From Balanoglossus misakiensis (taxonomy: Eukaryota; Animalia; Hemichordata), in contig CM082586.2 of NCBI GenBank assembly GCA_040954595.2, positions 6,372,509 to 6,436,508 on the forward strand: a stretch of DNA of 64,000 nucleotides, in the 5' to 3' direction. Under the pieces are notes generated by a model, which was not told the origin of the DNA, made no database searches, and worked only from the letters and a program-made list of their open reading frames with translations. Shown here one piece after another: positions 27,301-38,900 of the stretch; the stretch's first letter is position 1, and each line of letters opens with the position of its first letter. A program made the position numbers and the translations under genes.

Positions 27301-30300
27301 GTCTTTCAGGTGGAAGTGCCACAACTTCTGGTGGAGTTCCCTACGGAACTATCTACGGACCAACAGATATTGGAAGTGGTGGTGGTGGCTCTGATGGCGG
27401 AGCTGGCGGAGGAGCTGTATATATCGAAGTCGGCAAAGTGAGCTATTCCTTCACCTTAAAACATTTTTATTGTGGAAGTCCTAAACTAAACATGTGAATC
27501 TATCTGACTACTGGAGTATTTCATTTAGAATTTAGTGTCAGTCACTTCATTGGGTATCATTATGAAATTCTAAGTGCCATATACCGTCAGTAGTACTGTC
27601 AACTCCAGAATATTCACTGTGATCTTTCACAAGAAGTCTGATTTGCTCTCTGCAATTTCATCAGTACCATCAACTCCCATTGCTATTATTATCAAATATG
27701 TACTACTATATATACTCTCAATTATATTGTAGGACCTCTATCTGGATGGTACCATAGATATGAATGGTGAGAATGGCGTGACTTCCGGAAGTAATTCCTA
27801 TGGTGGCGGCAGTGGTGGGAGTGTTTTCATTCAGGCCGGTATTGTCCATGGCTATGGTACCATCAACAGCAATGGTGGTGCAGGAGGTAAAGTCTTCATC
27901 CTTTTAAAAGTACAATATCATTGTTTGACAATATTTTGTTTACACTAGTTTGCTAGTCTGATCCTTGATGGTACAATATGGCATCTTATGGTACAAGCTG
28001 TAAGCTGCATTTATCACGAACTTAGCGATAGCCAAAGAAAACGCGAAAATAAAAGATTGCGTGTAAATGTTTTCGGAATACGAGAATTTGAAAATTAGTC
28101 ATAGCACAACAGTTGCCTCTTTTGATATTGCGAAAACTGCCTGTTTTACAGTAGTCACGTGCATACTATTTTGGCACTGGTGATTGTAACTTTAAAATAA
28201 ACCTAAAAAAATGTTGTGTCTTCTATCACCTCAGGCTCTAATGCAGGTGGTGGAAGTGGAGGCAGAATAGCAGTCCACACCACAAGTTCATACATGTTCC
28301 GTGGCACACTTCAAGCCACTGGGGGTTCGGGAACAAACCACGGATCACCGGGAACAGTGTATCTCCAGGAGAGTGTGGGCGACACACATAAAAAGAGTCT
28401 GTACATCGACAATGTCAACAGAGCAGATACGACCACACAGTGTTACAGACAAGTGGAACTTGACGAAAGTGGCCAAAGAGATTTCCATTTTGATGTGGTC
28501 AGTCTGAACAGACGTGCTTGCTTGGTAACAAAAGCGGTGAGCATTGATTTATTTTGTAGAATGTACCTCAGTTAGGGGTGTCGTCAGTCTTGCACAAAGA
28601 CAAGTAGCCATCTCCTCAAAAAAAACTCAAACATAAAATACTGTAAGTATTTAAACATAAAGTGACACAATGTGTTGGAACAGTAAGCATACATAATATA
28701 AAGCACCCGCCAGATATAAAAAATCAACTGTTTGTTTGTCATGTAGTCTTGTGCAGAACTTGTTTGCATAATACTTGCTCTTTGGGAGTCAGCTAATTTC
28801 AGCAAGTGTGAGAGCAAAGTTAGCTAAAACACAATTTCTGCAAGAATAACACAGTCATTGATGACCTCTTTTAAATTTCCCATTACTCATTCAAGTAAAG
28901 ATTTAAAGTGTTCCAATTACACTTTTATACACTGTAATTTTATTTTTAAAAACTTTATAAAAACATTTTCAGCATGCATCCGGGACCTCAACTTTGGTGA
29001 TTGGAAAGTTAATTGGAGATGGCACTGGGACCTTGTCTGCTCGTGCCAATGATCTGTTCCACATTGAACCCCAGGAAGCGCAATCATACCTGCCCGGAGA
29101 CCTGAGGGTAGATAGCAATGGAGGAATGGTGTTACCCCCTAGGACTACAATCAGAAATTACCTGACTGTGGCAGGGGCCATCTATGGTGTCGAGGAAATG
29201 TTCATCAAGGGGTATGCAACTCTCTACAAATCTGGTTTCAGTACATGTAGGAATTGCACAGATGGCAGCAATGAACTGGGGCAGTATTGGATGGGATCTC
29301 TTGTAGTGCAGCATGGAGGTACCCTGGACCCGTCCTATGCAGCGCGCACAACCACCAGCGCAGTACAGATACGGACATCAGTCATGTTCGAACTGGAGTA
29401 TGACGCTGACGTCCTTCTACACGACTCCATCACCGTTTATTCTAAGGATGTGAAAACCGAGCTGAAAAGCGGCGTGGATGGAAATTGGGAGGGCTATGGC
29501 GAAGCGCGTGGCCCGGGCGCTGGTGGTAACTGCGGTGGCGGTGGTGGTGGTGGACATGGAGGCTATGGTGGGCGAGGGGGACACGCCCCTGGCTCTGAAA
29601 ATTGCGATTCTTCTCGTGGACGACCCTATGAAGATCAATGCCTGCCTTATATCTCTGGCAGTGGAGGTGGCACCGATTCACATGGTTACGCTGCAGGGGC
29701 TGGCGGAGGAGCAGCTCAAATTATCTCAAGTCAGCTCGGAGAAATCGAAGGCACAATTTATCAAAATGGTCAAGATGGGGCCTCCGGTTCGGGTGGAGGA
29801 AGTGGTGGATCGACGTGGTTGGACGCGCGATACATGGAAGGATGGGGTAGAAATTACGCCAATGGAGGGTCTGCTACCTATCATTCGTACAGCTGTTCTT
29901 ACGGATGTTCTTATCACTACGGTGGAGGAGGATCAGGCGGACGTATTCGCACAGTCTCAGAATACCCTCAAAGAGTCATTGAATCAAGATGCACTGTGAC
30001 GGGAGGAACTTCCCATTCCAATGCGAGGAATGGCGACCAAGGTACTGTCTGCATAAGTCCTACCCAGTGCAACAACCATGGTGTGTGGGATCCCCAAACC
30101 GGCCTCTGCACATGCAACGATGGGTATTCTGGTTTCAACTGTCAGATTTACTGTGATGATGCCTACACGTGTAACGGACAAGGAACATGCACCGACCACG
30201 GTGGCTGCATGTGTGACGAGGGATACGTCGGCTATAGGTGCGAATACCAGTGCCTGGCCAACACCACTTGCAGCGGACACGGTGTGTGCACGCCCCATGG

Positions 30301-33300
30301 GGAATGCATATGCGACGCCTGTTACCACGGCAGCGACTGCTCCTTGGAGTGTAGCGGTAACGGTGACTGCGTGAACGGAGAGTGCCAGTGCGATCCTTGC
30401 TTCATTGGTCGCTATTGCCACTCGGAGTGCAACCACCAAGGATCCTGCCTCAACGACACGTGCAGCTGTCAGGAGAGCTGGCGTGGAGACTTCTGCACAG
30501 TCGCCGGATGCCCCGGCGAAGACATGGACTGTTCCGGGCATGGCATCTGCAATGCTGGAATTCACGCCTGCTATTGTGAACCTGGATGGACAGGGGATGA
30601 CTGTGCTCTAGTGGACTGCCCCGGTGATCCCAACTGTTACGACCGAGGGTACTGCAATGGGACCGTGGAGCCTCCGCAGTGTCAGAATTGTGAAAAGGGG
30701 TGGATGGGAGCCGACTGCAACGAAACCTGTCTTCACGGTGATCAGGTGCCGATGGACAGTGGTGTCTGTGTTTGTGAACCCTGCTGGATGGGAAAGAACT
30801 GCGACCTGTTATGCTCGGGGTACGGAGTGTGCAGCGAAGACAACGCGGCTTGCGAGTGCTACTTCGAGACTGGTCGGTGGGGAGAATACTGTGAGATCTT
30901 GGGCTGTCCGGGGATCGGTGTTCCTTGCTCTGACCACGGTGACTGCAATAGTGCCATCAATGAGTGTGAGTGCAGAAATGGCTGGATAGGGATAGGCTGC
31001 CATGTACCGGATTGCCCCGGAAGTCCCGATTGTGCAGACCGTGGGTTCTGCAATGGCGACTTTGATCCGCCGGCCTGTCAGAATTGCTCCAGGGGTTGGA
31101 TGGGACCAGCGTGCGAAGACCCGTGTGTGAATGGTGTGCAGACGCCGATGGACAGCGGTTATTGCAACTGCTCCTCGGGTTGGACCGGCGTAGGCTGTGA
31201 CGTGGAGTGCTCCAACCACGGTGAGATTGTGGATGGTGCGTGCGAGTGTTACTACGAAGACGGGTGGAAGGGGGAGCTCTGTGATGTACCGGGATGCCCC
31301 GGTCTGTTCGGACTTGACTGCAGCGGGAGAGGCGAGTGCAACAGTGCCATTCCTGAGTGCAGCTGTAGACCTGGTTGGCTCGGCATTGGGTGCGAGTTGC
31401 CGGATTGTCCTGGTCATCCTGACTGTGCGGACAGAGGGTACTGCAACGATGAGTTTGACCCACCAGTGTGCCAGAACTGCTCGGCGGGATGGATGGGTCC
31501 AGCTTGTGAAGACCCATGCGTGAATGGCGTTCAGGAACCTATGGATAGTGGGTACTGCAAATGTGATCCCGGATGGGCCGGTGTGGGATGCGATTCCGAA
31601 TGCTCCTTCAATGGAAAAATCGTCAACGATTCCTGCGTGTGTGACGTTGGGTGGCGAGGGGAGCTTTGCGATATTCCTGGCTGTCCGGGCATTGATGTTG
31701 ACTGTACCGGACACGGACAGTGCAACTCTGAAACCCATGAGTGCATATGCAATGGGGGATGGACGGGCGACGGCTGTGAAATCCCCGACTGTCCTGGCAA
31801 CCCTGACTGCTTCTTGAGGGGACACTGCAACACCACCGTCGACCCGCCGGTCTGCACCAACTGTGAACACGGATGGATGGGACCAGACTGCAACGACCTG
31901 TGCACTTATGGCAGACAAGTTCCAATGGACAGCGGGAACTGCGTCTGCGATCCGTGCTACTCCGGCAGGAGTTGCAACAGCGAGTGCATGGACAACGGTG
32001 TCTGCGTTGACAGTCGGTGCAGTTGCGATCCCGGCTGGTGGGGTGAGTTGTGCGAGGTTGCCGGCTGCCCTGGTGTTGGAACAGACTGCAGCGGGAATGG
32101 AGACTGCAACAGTGCGCTGCATCTCTGTTTCTGTTACCCTGGCTGGAAAGGGGATGGTTGTGAGATTCCGGACTGTCCGGACGACTGCAATGGCCGGGGA
32201 TACTGCAACGGAACGGGCCGAACGACACCAGTGTGTACTGACTGCGAGCAAGGCTGGATGGGACTGGCCTGTGATGACCCCTGCGTGTATGGAATCCAGT
32301 ATCCAATGAACAGTGGCTTCTGCTTATGCGAGAACTGCTACACTGGTTACGGCTGTAATGTTGAATGCTCTGATAATGGTGTGTGTAATGAGTACAATGA
32401 GTGTGAATGCTATGGAGACCCGGGCAATTCCTGGTATGGACTGAAGTGTGAAATGAAGGGATGTCCAGGTGAAGATGATTCCTGTAATGGTCATGGAGAT
32501 TGCAACTCTGCCTCCCAAGTATGCATATGTTATCCAGGATGGACTGGTGATGACTGCAGCATAGCAGATTGTCCAGGAACCCCAAGTTGTTCAGGTATGT
32601 GGTCTGTTAATTGCGCTTCTTTAACCACAAATTTTTACAGCACATCCAAACCCATGTTAGTTTTAATTAGTATACTAAATAATTATTCGAGCAAGTAATT
32701 ACACTACGAGACTAACTTGATCAAACTCTGTGCCATTATGTATCTTATCTCAGAACAATATGTCCTACAGATTCTGTAAGATATTCTTATTTCTATCTTA
32801 CAGGAAATGGAGTATGCAGGTCCAGCTATCCACGTACTTGTAAATGTTTCACTGACTGGGCTGGTGAGGTCTGTGACGTGCCTTGTGTGAATGGCGAGAA
32901 CACCGATGGAGATGCCTGTGTGTGTGATCCTTGCTACACAGGGACTGGTTGCGACCAGATTTGTAACGGTAATGGAGAATGCACTGCTGATGCCTGTGTG
33001 TGCGACTTCGATTCCGGGTACAAGGGAGAATTCTGCCAGATCCCCGGTTGTCCTGGCTCTCCGACCGATTGCTCGGGTCACGGCTCCTGCAACCTGGCCA
33101 CCTTCGAGTGCGTCTGCGACCCGGGTTGGAAAGGCAACGGTTGCCACATACCAGACTGTCCGGGAGACCCTGACTGCCACGGGAGGGGAGTTTGCCCGTT
33201 GCCTGTCGACGACAGCGACCCGAGATGTGACTGCGACGACGGCTGGATGGGTGATGGATGCGAAACACCGTGTGTCCACGGAACGCGGGAGAGATTCCCG

Positions 33301-35871
33301 AATGGTACTTGGCTGTGTCACTGTGAACCGTGCTTTAATGACATAGGATGTGATCTGCTGTGCTCAAATCATACAACAGCGCAGTGTATCAATGGAACAT
33401 GCGACTGTGGGTTTAATGGTGGCAGGGGAGAGTTCTGTGAGGTCGGTGGCTGTCCTGGTGACTTTGGCATAGACTGTTCCGGACACGGTGATTGCAACAC
33501 GGCGACGGGGATATGTTACTGTCAATCCGGCTGGACTGGAGAAGGATGCGAGCTGCCGGACTGTCCGGGATCGCCCGATTGCAACGACAGAGGGGTATGT
33601 GATCCGTCAAACCCGCCCATGTGTCGCAACTGCACAGCCGGCTGGATGGGTGCGGCTTGCGAGGTGCCGTGCGTTCACGGCGAACAGATTCCGATGGACT
33701 CCGGCAACTGCACCTGCGAACCGTGCTACAACGGAATATCCTGCGATGCGATGTGCGGCGGAATCGGAAACTGCACAGACGAGGGGGTCTGCGAATGTCC
33801 GTTCGAAGGGGGCCGGGGAGAGTTCTGCACGGAGCCTGGGTGTCCTGGCTATGGTGAAGACTGCACCGGTCACGGAACTTGCATACTCGGCCAGTGCCTG
33901 TGCAATGAAGGCTGGCTCGGGAGGGGATGCGAGATACCCGACTGCCCCGGAGATCCAAACTGCAACGGTAGAGGTACCTGCACCGAAGACACAGACAAAC
34001 CAGAGTGTATAGATTGTATTTCTGGGTGGATGGGCCCAGCTTGCGATACACCATGCGGGCCTGATCACGGTGTTCAAGACCCACCCAACAGTGGCCAGTG
34101 TTTGTGTGTCGATCCTTGCTGGCACGGAGAAAGCTGCCATGATCTGTGCAGTGGTGTGGGACAGTGTGACAATGGTACGTGTGACTGCACTGATGACGGG
34201 TTAAACCTGGGAAATTGGGGAGCGTTCTGCGAGGACAGAGACTGCCCTGGCGTGGGTGAACCTTGCAGTGGTCATGGTTACTGCAGCCCGAGTACGCTCA
34301 CCTGCATCTGCGATTCCGGATGGGATGGAGAGGGATGCCACGTACCGAACTGTCCCGGTGAACCGGACTGCAACGGCCGAGGAACGTGCGACGGAAGTCT
34401 GGACATTCCAATTTGCAAAGACTGCGACGCCGGATGGATGGGATCGGCGTGTGAACTGCCCTGTGTCAATGGCACAGCCCAGCCCGACTATACCTGTGTG
34501 TGTGACGAATGCTACACAGGTGCTGGATGCGACCTGGAGTGTAGTGGCCACGGAGAGTGCGACAATGGTACATGCATCTGTGACTCAGCTTGGTGGGGTA
34601 AGTGTGCTTTGATTTTGTTTTATCCTTTACGAAGTCAATCCACCAACAGCCAGTCAGTCAGCCAACCATCACGCTGAAATAAATGCAACCAAAAAATTCA
34701 ATGCAAGATTGTGAATTTTAAACACCACCTTGTCTTTGATACCATATGCCACCAAAACTGCCATGATTCATGGTCATGTAGCGATCATGAAAGTGACCAA
34801 TTGTGGCCATTATTATTGACAGTATAACTTCTACATCTGAAGAGATTGTGGTCCGTTTATATTACAAAATCAGCATACATTCGTCAGTTGCATCGGGTGA
34901 TATTAATTCAAAGATAAATATATCATTGTTTTTGATTATTTAGGAATATATTGTAGTGTTAGAGGCTGTCCGGGCATAGGTGAGAGTTGTACAGGCAATG
35001 GTCACTGTAACGTGAATGAACAGAACTGCTACTGTTATCCCGGATGGAAGAATGACGATTGCAGTGTACCTGATTGTCCAGGAACTCCAGATTGCAGTGG
35101 CAGAGGTGAGTGTGATTTTGAGTATAGTTAGATCTTTCCACCATGCTATTTCTCCATCATCCACGGTCAAATCAATAGAAATTTAAAAAATTTTGATGAA
35201 AGTAAAAATCTTTGCATCTACCTGGTAAGTTAGATACTTTTGAACATCTGGTGGAAATTCATTGTAAGTGTAGAGGAAAATAATTTTGGAAATGTTTGCA
35301 AAGTCTGCGTTGATCGTATAGTGAAAGTTCGTAATTTTAAGTTCAGAAACTTCACACATTAGTTTACCCTTTCTCTAATTTTACCGGTGTATGACTTCAT
35401 AAATTTGATTCAAGTATTTTCATTAGTTGCAACTTCTGTTTCTCCGCAGGGTACTGCAATGGTACTTACAGCCCGCCAATGTGCATGTGCGGCGACCACT
35501 GGATGGGCGACAGGTGCCACATTCCGTGCCTGCACGGAAAGCAATCGCCTCCCAACAGCGGACTCTGCCAGTGCGATCCGTGCTACTCCGGCATCAGCTG
35601 CGACACGCAGTGCTCCAACAGCGGGACCTGCGTCAACGACACTTGCGTGTGCGACGAGGGATTCATGGGGGATCTCTGTGAGTTCCTGAACTGTCCCGGA
35701 GAACCGGACTGCGACAGCCACGGCACGTGTGTGAGACGAGAGGGCAAGTCTGTGTGCATCTGCAGCGCTGGCTTTGAAGGAGATGACTGTTCCATCATGG
35801 TTTGCCCTGGCACTCCCGAGTGCAGTAATAGAGGCAAGTATTATCATTATTCTTGTATTGTTGTTGTTTTT

Positions 35872-35904
<33 letters not shown>

Positions 35905-38900
35905 TATTACCAGTTTAATCTTGTTTAATTATTGTCAATGGCCATGATGGTGGTGGTGATCTCAACCATCTATAGTGTGTATTAGTAGTTGTTATTGTTG
36001 TTGCTGTTGTTATTGTTATTGTCATTGTCACAATCATTATCTTTATTATTACTATTGGTGGCCATGATGGTGGAGGTAGTTATCTCAATTATCGTTAGTA
36101 TTTTTAATAGTTAATTTCCGTACAAAATTTTGTCGTTCACAAAATCAAGAAACTCAGCACCACTACAGTGACGTTGTAGTTTATTGATATTTTTATAGTG
36201 TCATTATTAACCTTATTTCTGATATTCTTATGCAGGTGTGTGTGAACTCATTGAGAACACACCGATGTGCACATGCAATCATGGGTTTGACGGAGATGCC
36301 TGCGAGACCTGTCTGCCTCGCTACACCGGTTCGAACTGTGAGCGTTGTGCAGATGGGTACATCGGATGGAACAACACCTGTGGCGTCCTCTGCCTCAATG
36401 GATATCCCACGGAGCCCGGTGGAGACCAGTGTGAATGTTACGCTGATGACATCCGAGGATATTGGACTGGAGGCAGTTGCGATGAGTGCATTGAAGGCTG
36501 GGGACTGCCAGATTGCGTTGGCTGTGGCGCAGGTAAGTGCATCATGGCTACAAACAGGATGGTGCATATTTGACCAAAAGCAAACAATTATTTGTCTGTC
36601 AAGCACTCATATATGTACATATCATATGAAGACAAATATGTGACAAGTTTTGATTTGCAAAAACAGCAAACACTTGTCTTTTTGGAAAATGTCATCTATG
36701 ACAAATACTAATATTTGACGTGCATCAACAGTAACATTTCTACTGCATGCATCACCTTTAGATGAGAAACATAAACAATTATCATGTCATTTTAAACTGG
36801 TTTTTATTGTGTTTGTGTACAATGTAGACTATGTTGGCCTGGGCCACTGTGACATCCACTGCAAGTCTGGCCAAGGGAGATACCGCGACCCTCAAGACGG
36901 TGAGGGTGGGAAGGAACCAGTCTTACCTGTCCTACAGTGTGTACAGGAAGACGCCAACTCCACTGATTACATTGCATGGTTTGGATATGACAATGAAAAT
37001 ATACACAATGTCTACATACCGATTGGAGACGACAACAGGTTTGAAGACACTGAACATGGACGAAGCATTGCCTATGAGAACATGGGACAACCATCGAAAT
37101 TTCGACCGGGAGAGAAGAGAAATATATTCTATGTCAGGTACATACATACATGTACATGTACATGTACACAAGCTTGACTGCATTGAACCGATCACAGTGG
37201 AATCATCACGATATTCATTAGCAAACACAGAAATGTGCTTATATTTCTTTGAGTGTGTTGACCCACACATCTGCATTTGTATAAGTATTGCATTCTTTAA
37301 TTATGCACAGTGTCCAGTTCTTGTGCTGTGATTGGTCAAAAATGTCACAAATTGGTCATCAGTTTCATGTTCTTGATAAATGATGCAATGAGTGCATTAT
37401 TGGGTGTTTTGGCCATTTATCACAAATACAATGCAGGCTGTTCGCCAATGAATTTATTGAAGAAACACCAATCTTTTCACAAGTGGAATGCTGTATGGAG
37501 ACTGTTTTTGTCATATGGCTGGCTGTAGCAAGCAGAAACTATTTTGTAGATAATTTCAGATACTTTCAGTCGCAATTAATACATGTTGCTGTCAGGTGCT
37601 CTATAGTCTTTTGATTTTATTATTTTCTGTAGGCTACCTGATACAGAGACTGAGTACATCTGGCATTTGGCGTACACTGCATCCAACTTAGTGTACAGAG
37701 TGTCTGTGAAAGCAGATCTCATGTATGAAATGCCATGCAGTGGTGATGAATTTGAAGATCATAGTGTAAGTACACATGTATATTGACTGAGTGTTTGAAA
37801 CTGTGAATATTTACATTTGTTGGACACAAATTCCACTTTGCACTGACTTCAGAACCACAAGATTTGAAATTTTGAACTATGTAGTTGCTATTAAAAAAGT
37901 ACGGATTAAATTTTGCAAATCGATTTGGAAATCAAGATCTACATTCCTTTTAGATAGCTTGTTCAACACTTGCGTCGTTTATGTTCTTGCAGAAATTTGT
38001 GAATGCCTCTGATCCTGGCTACTGTGAGTGTTACCATGGTTACTGGGGTCCATCTTGTGAGAACGAATGCATAGGCGGTGCCAACAACCCATGCTTTGGC
38101 CGCGGTGAGTGCAACGGAACCACCGGTGAATGTCACTGTGATATCAACTTCTTGTCGTACAGCGATTGCACCGTGTGCGCCCCCGGTTGGATGGGAGATG
38201 ACTGCTCAGTTGGGTATCTCAATAAGTCAAACGTCGTCGATGGATATCACCTTGCTAGCACTTTCGGCCTTGGTCATTTCACCACCTGCGACGGCGCTAG
38301 CTACCATTTCTACGGACGTGGGGAATACCACCTGTTCAGCAACAGCGAGATTGAGGTCCAGATCCGCATGGTGGCCTGTAACGTTGAAGGAATAGGAAGC
38401 TGTGTGAATGCAGTGGCAGTCAAGGTCGGAGCAAGGTCAGTCGTTGTACACGGCGGATACACAGACACAGAGCTAGGCGGTGTTGTCTGGATAGATGGAG
38501 TTGAAGCATTCGTGACGGACGAGGAACAACACATTGGTTCAGGATATTACTTCTCGAGGATTGCCGTCGACCACTACACCTGTCACAGCGACCTGTTCTA
38601 CCTGGAAATTTACACCCGGGACCGATACATGGACTTGCGTCTGAAAATCGACTCCACCGAGTGCGGTTCCGCAACCGGGCTTCTGAGTTCTTGCGATGGC
38701 GACCCGGCCAACGACTTTGTCACCAAAAGTGGAGAACTTCTCACTCCTGAAATCTCAGGCACTTTGCACCAGCAGAATATCCATGAAGTCTATGGTCCAT
38801 CATGGCAGGTCACCACAGCCAGCAGTGTGTTCATTTACAACTACGGCCAGTACAACGAAGAAAGAAATATAACAGGCTTGGAATCGGGCTATGCTCTGTT

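Larger units (their letters stand above)
153..30050 (+). repeat. Protein-level array of 18 glycine-rich modules (about 400-415 aa each)
   Basis: Recurring ordered motifs GxGHGGxGG - YG...P...GSGGG - GGG(hydrophobic) - GGGSGGS[IV] - GG[AS]GGRI[AG][VI] - GT[VI]Y, separated by beta-rich spacers containing GDxTG. Confidence 0.9.
30060..36860 (+). repeat. Tenascin/teneurin-like EGF array built from about 11 four-EGF super-repeats of about 130 aa
   Basis: Periodic GCPG..DCSGHG.C / PDCPG.PDC..RG.C / GWMG.AC / PMDSG.C motifs about every 390-400 nt. Confidence 0.9.

Noticed and set aside
153-30050. Bacterial autotransporter, PE-PGRS or contamination explanation for the Gly-rich region
   Set aside because: It is interrupted by 27 canonical spliceosomal introns and fused in one exon to EGF repeats; there are no operon-like features.
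29984-34551. Long antisense and alternative-frame ORFs over the EGF array (e.g. 30809..32251, 480 aa; 31623..32585, 320 aa)
   Set aside because: They are shadows of Cys/Gly/Asp-rich coding sequence, where antisense stop codons are rare; the translations have no domain character.
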